Shown: positions 18,368-27,815 of the stretch, piece by piece | Numbering within the stretch: position 1 is the first letter of the stretch | How the letters are laid out: the number at the start of each line of letters is the position of its first letter | DNA from: an uncultured Gemmatimonadales bacterium | Lineage (GTDB): Bacteria; Gemmatimonadota; Gemmatimonadetes; Longimicrobiales; RSA9 | Assembly: GCA_963741945.1 (NCBI GenBank) | Contig: CAVUKA010000003.1 | Span: 659,998 to 723,997, forward strand | Reading direction: 5' to 3' | DNA length: 64,000 nt | Notes under the pieces: model-generated | Told to the model about the DNA's origin: nothing | What the model saw: only the letters and a program-made list of their open reading frames with translations | The model's database searches: none | Translations under genes and position numbers: made by a program

Positions 18368-20494
18368 CTACCATCCCAGCCCCCGCAGCACCACGTTCAG
18401 CGCCGCGCCCACGCCGAACGCGAACGGGACGGTGAACGCCAGGATCGCCAGCGCGGTCTTCACGCCGCGCTCCTTCAGCATCATGAGGAACTGGGCCACG
18501 CACGGCACGAAGAGCGTCAGCGTCACCGCGGCCACGGTGAGCTGCACCGGCGAGAGCAGCCCTTCCTGGTTCAGGTCGAACAGCCCGGCCGCGCCGTAGT
18601 CGCGACGGAAGAAGCCGAACAGGAACGCCTGCGCCGCCTCGTTCGGCAGCCCCAGCCACCCCATGACCGGCTCGAGCCCGTGCACCGTCGCCTGCAGCAC
18701 ACCCGTCAGGTCACCGATCCACAGCAGCACGCTGGCGAACAGGAAGAGCGGCAGCACTTCCATGAAGTACCACTGCATCCGCGACGCCGTCTTCGTCAGC
18801 ACGTTCGCCGCCGACGGCATCCGCAGCGGCGGCAGCTCCATGTGGAACGTGGGCCGCTCGCCCGGGAGCACTTTCGATGCCAGCCACCCCACCATCAGGA
18901 ACACCCCGCCCAGCACGAGGATCAGGACCAGCAGCGCCATGGGGCTCCCGGCCAGGATCGCGATCAGCACGCCCAGCTGGGCCGAGCACGGGATGGCCAG
19001 CGCCAGGAGCAGCGTGGCCAGCACGCGCTCGCGGCGGGTCTCCAGCGTGCGCGTCACCATGGTGGCCATGGTGTCGCACGCGAAGCCGAGCACCATCGGG
19101 ATCACCGCCCGCCCGCTCAGCCCGATCCGCTTGAACAGCCGGTCCACCAGGAGCGCCAGGCGAGGGAAGTAGCCGCTGTCCTCGAGCACGCTGAAGAACA
19201 GGAAGAAGGTGCCCACGATCGGCAGGATGATGGCCACGGCGTAGCGCACGCCGAGCGTGAGGACGCCGTAGTCGCCTACGAAGAGCCCCCGCAGCCACAC
19301 CCACGGCACCAGCCACGCGAACGCTCGCTCCAGCAGCGGGTTCAGCCCGTGCTCGAACAGCGTGGTCTCCAGCCAGTTCACCACCGTGCCCGCGCCGAAC
19401 ACGCCCACGAACTCGTACAGCCCCAGGTAGAGCACCAGCACGAGCGCCGGAATGCCCAGCAGCGGCCGCGCCAGCGCGGAGCCCAGCCACTCGCGGAACC
19501 CGCCCCGCCCCTCGTCGTCCGAACCGCCCCGGACCACACCTTCCAGCACCCGCTCCGCCGCACGGTGCCGCTCGTACGCCAGACGGTACACCGCCGCGTC
19601 CGCGAACTCCGCCGTGGCCTCTTCCAGCTCCCGGATCGCCGCCACCCCGCCATCCGGCTCCAGCGCCGCCACCCGCTCCGCCACTTCCGCGTCCCCCTGG
19701 ATCAGCAGCGCCGCGAACGCGCTCGCGTCCACCGGATACACGTCGGTCAGCCGCCCTCGCACCCGCGCCAGCGCCGCACCCACCCCGTTCTCGTACGACG
19801 GGCGCCCCGGGCACGGCGCCTTCGCGGCACGCAGCACCGCCGCCTCCAGCTCCTTCAGCCCCCACCCCTTCACCGCCGCCACCGGCACCACTTCCACGCC
19901 CAGACGCTCCGAGAGCAGCCGGTGATCCACTTCCAGTCCCAGCGACTGCGCCTCGTCCATCATGTTGACCGCCAACACCAGCGGTCGCCCCACTTCCAGG
20001 AGCTGGAACGTCATGGGAAGCGCGCGCTCCAGCGTCTTCGCATCCACCACCTGCACCAGCACGTCCGCGTCCGCGTCCAGCACCACCCAGCGCGCCACCC
20101 GCTCCTCTTCCGTGGTCGGCATGAGCGAGTACAGACCCGGCGTGTCCACCACTTCCACAACACGACCCTCGAACCGCCCGTGACCCCGGTCCACTCCCAC
20201 CGACGTTCCGGGATAGTTCGACACCGTCACGTACGTCCCCGTGAGCCGGTTGAACAGCGAGCTCTTGCCTACGTTCGGCGCACCCACCAGCGCCACCCTC
20301 AGCTCCGCGGCCGGCTCCCCCGCCGACGCGCTCCCGCCTCCGTGGCATCCGCACCCCGACCCTCCGGCGACGGCCGCACCCGACCCGGCGACGGCCGCGC
20401 CCGACCCGGCGGCGGCCGCTCCTCCCCGCCGCCCGGCCTCCTCCCCGGCGTGCCCGCCTCGCGTCCGCTCCGTGGTCTCCGTCGGCATCACCAT
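18368..20494 (-). CDS. feoB: Ferrous iron transport protein B
   Basis: G-domain GAPNVGKS, NYPGTSV, DTPG and NMMD; membrane domain LEDSGY, GFACD and IPCSAQ. Start placed downstream of the Fur-box-like site. Confidence 0.95.
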   Translation of the reverse strand: MVMPTETTERTRGGHAGEEAGRRGGAAAAGSGAAVAGSGAAVAGGSGCGCHGGGSASAGEPAAELRVALVGAPNVGKSSLFNRLTGTYVTVSNYPGTSVGVDRGHGRFEGRVVEVVDTPGLYSLMPTTEEERVARWVVLDADADVLVQVVDAKTLERALPMTFQLLEVGRPLVLAVNMMDEAQSLGLEVDHRLLSERLGVEVVPVAAVKGWGLKELEAAVLRAAKAPCPGRPSYENGVGAALARVRGRLTDVYPVDASAFAALLIQGDAEVAERVAALEPDGGVAAIRELEEATAEFADAAVYRLAYERHRAAERVLEGVVRGGSDDEGRGGFREWLGSALARPLLGIPALVLVLYLGLYEFVGVFGAGTVVNWLETTLFEHGLNPLLERAFAWLVPWVWLRGLFVGDYGVLTLGVRYAVAIILPIVGTFFLFFSVLEDSGYFPRLALLVDRLFKRIGLSGRAVIPMVLGFACDTMATMVTRTLETRRERVLATLLLALAIPCSAQLGVLIAILAGSPMALLVLILVLGGVFLMVGWLASKVLPGERPTFHMELPPLRMPSAANVLTKTASRMQWYFMEVLPLFLFASVLLWIGDLTGVLQATVHGLEPVMGWLGLPNEAAQAFLFGFFRRDYGAAGLFDLNQEGLLSPVQLTVAAVTLTLFVPCVAQFLMMLKERGVKTALAILAFTVPFAFGVGAALNVVLRGLGW
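20364..20419. repeat. 21-bp tandem repeat (~2.7 copies) encoding AAVAGSG-like units in the FeoB N-terminal extension
   Basis: ccggcgacggccgc(a/g)cccgac is repeated. Confidence 0.75.
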
Positions 20495-20520
20495 CCACGC
20501 CCCGTCGGCATCGCAGCTCG

Positions 20521-20539
20521 TTTGAGAATCGTTCTCAAA
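20521..20539. promoter_or_regulatory. Fur-box-like operator upstream of feoB
   Basis: TTTGAGAA-TCG-TTCTCAAA is a perfect 8-3-8 inverted repeat resembling the 7-1-7 Fur box (TGATAATnATTATCA), ~27 nt upstream of the feoB start. Confidence 0.8.
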
Positions 20540-20669
20540 ACTGCCCCCGCTGCCGTGGTGCGACAATCGGGAAAGGCTTGGGGAGGGGTGTGGGGGAAAA
20601 CCCCACAGGGGCAGACGGCAGCGCCGGTGCGCTGCGTCTGCGCTCTGCGGGGGTCAAAGCCGGTCTGGA

Positions 20670-22253
20670 TCACCAGTGATACGCCTCGAAGGACCGCATG
20701 GGCTGTTCGCACTGCGGCCAGGTCATGGACTCGCCCGTCCTGGGGTTGGTGGGCATCACGGTGCGCCGCTCGCGCTGTATGAAGTCCGGGTCCTCGGCGG
20801 CCATGTAGGTGAGCATGGCGACGAGGATGGCGTTGTCGCGGATGTTGTCGAACGCGAGCTTGTCGAGGGTATCGAGGTTGGTGTGCCAGGTGTAGCGGAA
20901 GTAGTCCCAGGAATGGGAGCCGAGGCCGAAGCTGGGTGCGCCGGAGCAGGTGAACGCGGCGTAGTCGCTGCCGCCGCCGCCGGGTGTCCCGGGGAAATCG
21001 ATGCGGAGCTCGCCGCGGAGCTCGCGTGGGATGGCGGTGATCCAGCGGGTGAAGTGGGGTCCTGCGTCCGTGAGCCCCTGCATGCCGACGCGTGTGATGC
21101 GGCCGGTGCCGTTGTCCTGGTTGAACGCGGCCTGGAGCCCGGCCACGATGTCGGGGTGGTCGGCGGCGAAAGCGCGGGAGCCGTTGAGCCCCTGCTCCTC
21201 GCTGGCCCAGTGTCCGGCGACGATGGTGCGCTTCGGGTTCGGGTAGGCCTTCTTCAGCAGGCGCATGGCCTCGGCCATGATGACGGTGCCCGTGCCATTG
21301 TCGGTGGCGCCCTGCCCTCCGTCCCAGGAGTCGAGGTGGGCGGAGAGGAGCACGTACTGGTCCGGGTGCTCGCTGCCGGGGATCGTGGCGACGGTGTTGA
21401 ACACGGGGACGGTGCCGAGGTCCTTCGAGCGGGCATCCACCCGCACGCGCGGTCCCTGCCCGTTGTCGGCGAGCCGGTAGAGGAGGCCGTAGTCCTCACA
21501 GCCGATGGAGATGACGGGCATGGCGCCATCGGTGTCGCCGAAGATGCGGCGGGAGCCGTACCCCTCGGACCAGAGCGAGACGAACGCCCCGGCCGCGCCG
21601 GTATCCTTCAGCCACGCGCCAATGTGCCGCTCGTTGATGCCGAGCGCCTGCATGCGGGCGCTCCACTGCGAGCGCGCGCTGTCGCGGGCGGCGACGAAGG
21701 CGTCGTAAGTGGGCGGGTCGGCGAAGCTCTGCCACTCGCCGAGCGGGCGGCAGGTGGGCTCGGGCGACGAGGCCAGCACCCACTTCCCCTTCGCCTGCTT
21801 CTTCCACGCGGCCACCGCCGCGGGGTCCGACGACGCGGGGAGCGTGACGACGTCGCCTTCCACCGGCTTCCCGGTCCCGCGGCTCCACGCCAGGAGCGTG
21901 GCTTCGACGGTGTGGACCCACGGCGCCAGCAGGTCCACGTGCGTGGTGCCCCGCTGCCACCCCTTCCACGTCCCGTACTGCTCGTTCTCCGCGTCGATTC
22001 CCCAGCTGCGGTAGAGCCGCACCAGCCAGTCGTTGGCCGCCGTGAGCTGCGGCGCGCCCGTCAGGCGCGGCCCGATGGAGTCCATCAGCGTCTGGGCAAG
22101 GGGGTAGACCTGCGAGTGGTCTCGTCCCTCCTGCCAGATGGCCTGGAGCACCGGGTCCCGGTTCGGGAAATCCTGCGCCCGCAGGGGCGCGAAAGCGAGC
22201 GGCAACGCCATCAGCACCGGCAGCACCGGCGCGAAACGCTTCAGCAGCGACAC
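20670..22253 (-). CDS. M28 family metallopeptidase, secreted
   Basis: Signal peptide; DSIGPRLTG, LSAHLDSWD..GATDNGTG, SEEQGLNGS, GGSDY and WHTNLDT. Confidence 0.9.
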   Translation of the reverse strand: MSLLKRFAPVLPVLMALPLAFAPLRAQDFPNRDPVLQAIWQEGRDHSQVYPLAQTLMDSIGPRLTGAPQLTAANDWLVRLYRSWGIDAENEQYGTWKGWQRGTTHVDLLAPWVHTVEATLLAWSRGTGKPVEGDVVTLPASSDPAAVAAWKKQAKGKWVLASSPEPTCRPLGEWQSFADPPTYDAFVAARDSARSQWSARMQALGINERHIGAWLKDTGAAGAFVSLWSEGYGSRRIFGDTDGAMPVISIGCEDYGLLYRLADNGQGPRVRVDARSKDLGTVPVFNTVATIPGSEHPDQYVLLSAHLDSWDGGQGATDNGTGTVIMAEAMRLLKKAYPNPKRTIVAGHWASEEQGLNGSRAFAADHPDIVAGLQAAFNQDNGTGRITRVGMQGLTDAGPHFTRWITAIPRELRGELRIDFPGTPGGGGSDYAAFTCSGAPSFGLGSHSWDYFRYTWHTNLDTLDKLAFDNIRDNAILVAMLTYMAAEDPDFIQRERRTVMPTNPRTGESMTWPQCEQPMRSFEAYHW

Positions 22254-22426
22254 GTGAGCCTCCTCTGTGGATCGGTGGGGCGCCGTGATGGTGCGCAGGG
22301 GCGCCCGTGCGGGTCAATCGGGAATCGCACGAATCCACGGCGGGGAAAAACCCGACGGCGGCAGTCCGCAGCGCGGGCGGGCGGCGGATGCCGTCGGTGA
22401 CGCGGTGCGGCCGCCGTTCGCCGGCC

Positions 22427-23209
22427 CTACCGCCCTCCGCCCACCCGCACCACCTCGCCCGTGATCCACGAGGCGAACTCCGACGCCAGGAACAGGACGG
22501 CGTTGGCGATGTCCGCGGGGGTGCCCAGGCGACGCAGCGGGATCCCCTCCACGAGGCGGCGCTGCCCCTCGTCGCCGTACGACGCCCACTGCTTCTCGGT
22601 GGTGGGATTCGAGCGGACGAAGCCCGGCGCCACGTTGTTGACGGTGATGCCGAAGGGGCCGAGCTCGTGGGCGAGCTGCCGCGTGAGGCCGATCTGCGCG
22701 GCCTTCGCCGACGCGTACCCCTGGATGCCGGTGAGGCTGACGCCGAGCCCTGCGCCGCTGGAGATGTTCACGATGCGGCCGCCGCCCGCCCGCTTCATCC
22801 CGGGCACCACCGCCTGCGCGAACAGGAACGCGCCCGTGACGTTCACGTCGAAAAGCGCCTGCCAGTCCGCCGGCGGCACATCCTCCAGCGGCCGCCCCAC
22901 CTGCCCGAGCACGCCGCCCGCGTTGTTCACCAGGATGTCGACGTGGCCACCTCCGTCCGCGACGCCGGCCGCTGGCCGCGACTCCGCCTCCGCCACGAGC
23001 GCCCGCACGGCCGCCGGTTCCGTCACGTCCACCACGCGGGCCACGGCGCCGCTGCCGCACAGCGCCGCCGTCTCCCCGACTTCGGCGGCGAGGATGTCAC
23101 ACGCCCAGACGTGGGCGCCCAGGCCGGCGAAGCGGCGCGCGATCTCCCGGCCGAAGCCGTGCGCGGCTCCCGTCACGATCACCGTCTTCCCGTCGAAGCG
23201 GATGTTCAC
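22427..23209 (-). CDS. SDR family NAD(P)-dependent oxidoreductase (FabG-like)
   Basis: TGAAHGFG, DILVNNAG and YASAK motifs; GTG overlaps the upstream TGA. Confidence 0.92.
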   Translation of the reverse strand: MNIRFDGKTVIVTGAAHGFGREIARRFAGLGAHVWACDILAAEVGETAALCGSGAVARVVDVTEPAAVRALVAEAESRPAAGVADGGGHVDILVNNAGGVLGQVGRPLEDVPPADWQALFDVNVTGAFLFAQAVVPGMKRAGGGRIVNISSGAGLGVSLTGIQGYASAKAAQIGLTRQLAHELGPFGITVNNVAPGFVRSNPTTEKQWASYGDEGQRRLVEGIPLRRLGTPADIANAVLFLASEFASWITGEVVRVGGGR

Positions 23210-24243
23210 GATCCCTCCTCCACCGTCGCGCGCAGCGCGTCCACGTTCTCCGGCGCACGCTCCCGGCGCCCGCCCTCCAGCGCGTGGATCATGGCGACCA
23301 GCGCGGCGTTCATGGGCGTCGGCACGCCGTGGTCGCGGCCGTGGGCCACCACGGGGCCGAGCTGCGCGTCCACTTCCGTGCGCCGCCTGCGCACGGCCAG
23401 GTCGCGCCAGATGCCGCTGTGCGTCTTCGCAGACTTCCGGTTGTGGGCCACGAGGCCGTCCAGCGACGCCGTCGCCTGCTCCGGCGCTGCGCCGGGGGCG
23501 AACGCGGCGGGGTCGAAGCCGTCGAACGGCTCTGGCCGGACGCCCTCGGCGGCGGCCACGCGCATGACCTCGCGGGCGAGATCCGCGTAGACGTCGCGGT
23601 GGGAGGGGCGCGCGAGGGCGTCGGCGATGGAGTCGTCCGTGGTGGCCGTGGCGAAGAGCATGGACGCGTACGCCAGCTTGGCCCACAGGTAGCCGAAGAT
23701 GTTGTCCGTGAGCACCGCGTCCGCGTCGAGCTCGCGGAAGAGGGCGTGGAGCCGCTCGATCCGCGGCGATCGCCGACCGTCCAGCTCGCCCACCACCACC
23801 GCGCCGCGCCCGCCGTAGTGGACCTCGCCGGGCTCCATGTAGTCCGCGCCGAAGTTGACGAAGCAGCCGATCGTGCGCTCCGGCCCCACGACGTCGGCGA
23901 CGACTTCCTCGTTCAGCCCGTTCTGCACCGAGACCACCGCACCGTCCGGCGCCAGCCGCGGCGCGATCGCTTCCGTGGCCGCGCGCGTGTGGTGCGCCTT
24001 CACGCACAGCAGCACGGTGCCCAGGCGCCCGCGGACGTCCCCCGGCAGCGACGCCGGGACGGGACCCACCCGGAGCGGCGACACCGGGCCCGTGATCTCC
24101 AGCCCCCGCGCCCGCATCGCAGCCACGTGCTCGGCGACGGTGTCCACGAACAGCACGTCGTGGCCCGCGCGGACCAGGTGCGCGCCGAGCGTTCCGCCGA
24201 TGGCGCCCGCGCCCCAGATCGTGATGCGATCACTCATGTCCAC
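23206..24243 (-). CDS. Ketopantoate reductase family protein
   Basis: IWGAGAIGG, LCVKAHHT, SVQNGL and LWAKL motifs. Confidence 0.88.
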   Translation of the reverse strand: MDMSDRITIWGAGAIGGTLGAHLVRAGHDVLFVDTVAEHVAAMRARGLEITGPVSPLRVGPVPASLPGDVRGRLGTVLLCVKAHHTRAATEAIAPRLAPDGAVVSVQNGLNEEVVADVVGPERTIGCFVNFGADYMEPGEVHYGGRGAVVVGELDGRRSPRIERLHALFRELDADAVLTDNIFGYLWAKLAYASMLFATATTDDSIADALARPSHRDVYADLAREVMRVAAAEGVRPEPFDGFDPAAFAPGAAPEQATASLDGLVAHNRKSAKTHSGIWRDLAVRRRRTEVDAQLGPVVAHGRDHGVPTPMNAALVAMIHALEGGRRERAPENVDALRATVEEGS

Positions 24244-24264
24244 GCCTCCCTGCCCTCCCGTTCA

Positions 24265-24990
24265 TCAGCGACCTCGCTCCCACGGCCGGAGCCCCCACGA
24301 CCCCTCCAGCGCGTCCCGCGTCTCCGACACCGCCACCTCCCAGAGCGCCAGCATGTCCTCGTCGGGGCGCTGATACAGGCCGGCGAAGTTGCCATCGCCG
24401 AGGAAGTCGCGGACCTCGCCGGGCGTCAGGAGCGACATCCGCTCCCGGTCGATCGGCGCCTTCGGGCCGTCGGGCAGCGCGACGCCCTCGAGGCGCGTCC
24501 ACGGGAAGTTCTCCATCCACGACGCGTGCGACGCCACCGGGTCGATCGCCTGGACCTTCGCCCACGTGCGCGGCGCGTTCCACCAGTTGTGCCACTTCAC
24601 CCGCACTCCGGGGTGCGACGCCAACCATTCCACCACGCGCGTGGCCCCCGGCGAGTTCCCGCCGTGCCCGTTCACCACCAGGATGCGGCGGAACCCGGCG
24701 CCGGCCAGGCTCTCCAGGATGTCCGACACCACGGCCAGGTAGGTCTCCAGCCGGAGCGCCACGGTCCCCGGGAAGCCCAGGAAATAGGGCGAGACGCCGT
24801 AGGGGAGCGCCGGGAACACGGGGACGCCGAGCGGCTCCGCCGCCTCCGTCGCCACGCGCTCGGGGAGGATGGAATCCACGAGCAGCGACAGGTAGCCGTG
24901 CTGCTCGGTGCTCCCCAGCGGGAGCACGCAGCGATCGTCGCGCTCGAGGTAGCTCTCGACCTGCATCCAGCTCATGTCACGGACGCGCAT
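24265..24990 (-). CDS. Creatininase family protein
   Basis: LPLGSTEQHG..D, FPGT, VNGHGGN and HASWME. Confidence 0.9.
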   Translation of the reverse strand: MRVRDMSWMQVESYLERDDRCVLPLGSTEQHGYLSLLVDSILPERVATEAAEPLGVPVFPALPYGVSPYFLGFPGTVALRLETYLAVVSDILESLAGAGFRRILVVNGHGGNSPGATRVVEWLASHPGVRVKWHNWWNAPRTWAKVQAIDPVASHASWMENFPWTRLEGVALPDGPKAPIDRERMSLLTPGEVRDFLGDGNFAGLYQRPDEDMLALWEVAVSETRDALEGSWGLRPWERGR

Positions 24991-26386
24991 TGCTTCCGCC
25001 TTCCTGGTTCTGCGTCAGCTCGTGATAGAGGCGCACCACCGTTTCGGCCCCGAGGGCGAGGTGCGGCTCGGGGAACCACTCGTTCGGGGCGTGCATGTTG
25101 GCGCCGGGGAGCGCGAAGCCCATGATCGCCACCGGGGCGCCGAGGGCCTCGGCGAGGACCGGGGCGATGGGGAGCGTGCCGCCGTGGCTCACGCGCACCG
25201 GCGCTACGCCGAACGTGGCCGCGAGGGCGCGGGCCGCCGCCCCGTACAGCGGGGCCTCCGGATCCTCGCGCCACGGCGGGTTGGCCTGGAGCGACCGGAC
25301 CTCGAAGCGCACGCCGGCGGGCGCCACCCGGGCCACGTGGGCGCGCAGCAGCTCGCCGATGCGCGCCGGGTCCTGCTCCGGGACCAGGCGCGTGCTCAGC
25401 TTGGCCAGCGCCTGCGACGGCAGCACGGTCTTCTTCCCCGCCCCCGTGTACCCGCTCACGAGCCCGTTCACGTCCAGGCTGGGCCGGATCCACAGCCGCT
25501 CGATCGTGCTGTAGCCCGGCTCGCCGGCGAGCGCGGCGCCGCCCGCGCTCCGGCGGAACGCCTCCTCGTCGAAGCCGAGCCCGCGCCAGCTCTCGCGGAC
25601 GGACGCGGGCGGCTCGGCGACGTCGTCGTAGAACCCGTCGATGGCCACGCGGCCGTCCCGGTGCATGGACGCGATCACGGCCGCCAGCGCGTTCGCCGGG
25701 TTCGGCACCGCGCCGCCGTACTGGCCGGAGTGGAGGTCGGTGGAGCCGATCGTCGCCTCGACCTCGAAGTAGGCGATGCCGCGCATGCCGAAGATCAGCG
25801 ACGGCCGCCCGGGCGCGAACATCATGGAGTCGGCGACGAGGGCGTGGTCCGCCGCCAGCTCCGCCGCCCGCTCCCGGACGAAGCGCACCAGCCCCGGCGA
25901 CCCGATCTCCTCCTCTCCCTCGAACAGCAGCACCAGGTTCACAGGCAGCCCGCCGGCGGACAGCGCCGCTTCCGCCGCCATCACGTGGAGCAGCACCTGC
26001 GACTTGTCGTCCGCCGCGCCCCGGCCCCAGACCCGGCCGTCGCGCACTTCCGGCTCGAACGGCGGCGACGTCCACGGCGCGAGCGGCTCCGGCGGCTGGA
26101 CGTCGTAGTGGCCGTAGACCAGGAGCGTGGGCGCATCCGGGCCCGCGTCGTGGCGGCCGATGACCACCGGGTGCCCCGGCTCGCCCTGGTCGCGCGTGGT
26201 CTCCTCCACGGTGGCCGTGAGGCCGGCTGCGCGGATGCGGTCCGCCAGCCACGCCGCGGCCAGGCGGACATCTCCCGCGTGCTCCGGGGTGGTGCTGATG
26301 CTCGGGATGCGGAGAAAATCGAAGACCTCGGAGCGGAGGCGGTCCCGCTCGCGGCGGATGTGGGCAATGGCGCTGTCGACGTTCAT
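24977..26386 (-). CDS. M20 family dipeptidase
   Basis: YGHYDVQP, GRGAADDK, EGEEEIGS, DLHSG and HAPNE. Confidence 0.92.
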   Translation of the reverse strand: MNVDSAIAHIRRERDRLRSEVFDFLRIPSISTTPEHAGDVRLAAAWLADRIRAAGLTATVEETTRDQGEPGHPVVIGRHDAGPDAPTLLVYGHYDVQPPEPLAPWTSPPFEPEVRDGRVWGRGAADDKSQVLLHVMAAEAALSAGGLPVNLVLLFEGEEEIGSPGLVRFVRERAAELAADHALVADSMMFAPGRPSLIFGMRGIAYFEVEATIGSTDLHSGQYGGAVPNPANALAAVIASMHRDGRVAIDGFYDDVAEPPASVRESWRGLGFDEEAFRRSAGGAALAGEPGYSTIERLWIRPSLDVNGLVSGYTGAGKKTVLPSQALAKLSTRLVPEQDPARIGELLRAHVARVAPAGVRFEVRSLQANPPWREDPEAPLYGAAARALAATFGVAPVRVSHGGTLPIAPVLAEALGAPVAIMGFALPGANMHAPNEWFPEPHLALGAETVVRLYHELTQNQEGGSNARP

Positions 26387-26485
26387 GCGGCTACCGGATC
26401 GGTCAGGGCGAAGGGAGCGCCCACGGCGCTTCCCGCGCGCAACGTCGGGCGACGCGCCTCCGCCGGCAAGCGGTTACCTTCCGGC

Positions 26486-27010
26486 ATGTGTACGACCCCG
26501 TCCCGCGCCGCCTGCGCCGCCCTCCTGGTTGCTGCGGCGATTGCCGCTCCGCGCCCGGTCGTCGCCCAGGATGGCGGGCTCGCCCCCGGCGACGTCCCCG
26601 GCAGCGCCGTCGTCCAGACACTCGCCGGCGATTCCGTGGCCATCGCCGCCCTCACGCACGGCCGACCGGCCCTCGTGGAGTTCTGGGCGACGTGGTGCCC
26701 GATATGCCGCGCGCTCCAGCCGCGGATGGACTCCGCATTCGCCCGGGTCCGGGACCGCGTGGCGTTCGTCGTGGTGGCCGTGGGCGTGGCCCAGACCCGC
26801 GACCAGGTGCGCGCGTTCGTGGCGCGCCAGCCGCTCCCGGGAACCGTCGTGTGGGACGGCGCCGGTGAAGCCGTGCGCGCGTTCGACGCCCCGGGCACCG
26901 GCTACGTCGTCATCCTGGACGAGGCAGGGAAAGTAGTGTACGCCGGGACTGGCTCGGACCAGCACCTGCTCCGTGCGCTCCGCCGCGTCCTCGCCGACGG
27001 CGACGCCTGA
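26486..27010 (+). CDS. TlpA-like thioredoxin/disulfide reductase, secreted
   Basis: Signal peptide; VEFWATWCPIC. Confidence 0.85.
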   Translation: MCTTPSRAACAALLVAAAIAAPRPVVAQDGGLAPGDVPGSAVVQTLAGDSVAIAALTHGRPALVEFWATWCPICRALQPRMDSAFARVRDRVAFVVVAVGVAQTRDQVRAFVARQPLPGTVVWDGAGEAVRAFDAPGTGYVVILDEAGKVVYAGTGSDQHLLRALRRVLADGDA

Positions 27011-27133
27011 CACCGGCGCAGGACACGACCGCGGGTGCCCCTGCGTATCGCCCGCCGAACTCTCTCCAGGTGGAGCGATCCCGCCGATCGACGCCCACAC
27101 GTCCGGACTTCGGTCTGCGGTCCGGGCTCCGAC

Positions 27134-27739
27134 CTACGGCGCCGGCTCCGCCACCCGGTCGATGGCCTCCCCGAGCTTCGTGTACGCCGCCGGGTCGATC
27201 TCCCGGAACGGCGCGTCCACGTAGGCGACCTTTCCGTCCGGGCCGATGACGAACACCTCGCGGGCGCTCACGTGCGTCCCCGGCCGGTCGAACACGGCCC
27301 CGAACTTCGACGCGGCGACGAGCCCGGTGTCACTCACCATGAGGAACGGGAACTCGTCATCGCGGGCCCAGGAGGCCAAAGCGTCGATGGGGTCGGCACT
27401 GATCGCCATCAGGACCACGTTGCGGCCGCCGTTGAAGAGCTGCGCGTACTGATCACGGTACGCGTGCATTTGAACCGTTCAGCCCTTCGTCCTCGCCTTG
27501 AAGAAGAACGCCAGGACAACCGTCTTGCCGGGATAGTCACTCAGCGAAACCGGCTCCTCGAGGATGCCATAGCGCGTGGCGCCCGGGAGGGTGAAATTGG
27601 GGGCGTCGTCGCCCACCTTCAGCGGAGTAGTGCCCTGCGCCGCGGCGGGCGCCGGGCTCCCGGCCAGCGCGGCGAGGAGAGCCGCGGCCAGGGCAACGGT
27701 GCCGGCGAGGGGCAGGGTTCGGCCGTGGTTTCGTCGCAT
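27134..27739 (-). CDS. Peroxiredoxin (AhpC/TSA, BCP-like) selenoprotein with signal peptide; in-frame TGA at 27479-27481
   Basis: Two in-frame ORFs join through a TGA: LKVGDDAPNFTLP..VVLAFFFKARTKG-U-TVQMHAYRD..AISAD..FLMVSD..REVFVIGPDGKV. The TGA sits at the peroxidatic Cys position (TxxC). GGAGG RBS. Confidence 0.85.
27441..27468 (-). promoter_or_regulatory. Candidate bacterial SECIS hairpin
   Basis: After UGA the sequence reads ACGGUUCAAAUGCA-CGCGUAC-CGUGAUCA-GUACGCG-CA: a 7-bp perfect stem with its loop 21 nt after UGA and G at loop position 2. Confidence 0.7.
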
Positions 27740-27815
27740 GAAATGCCTCCGATGGGGGTACGGCTCCCAAGGTAGGCCAAGCGCGTCCCCGATGCACGCC
27801 AGCCGACTGTCGGGT

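Noticed and set aside
20495-20566. FeoB start at 20566
   Set aside because: It would place the Fur-box-like palindrome inside the CDS. ATGs at 20494 and 20488 fit better.
27479-27481. Genome-wide TGA reassignment, or a simple nonsense pseudogene
   Set aside because: Many genes here end in TGA with coupled downstream starts. This TGA sits at the catalytic Cys position with a hairpin behind it, which favours Sec.
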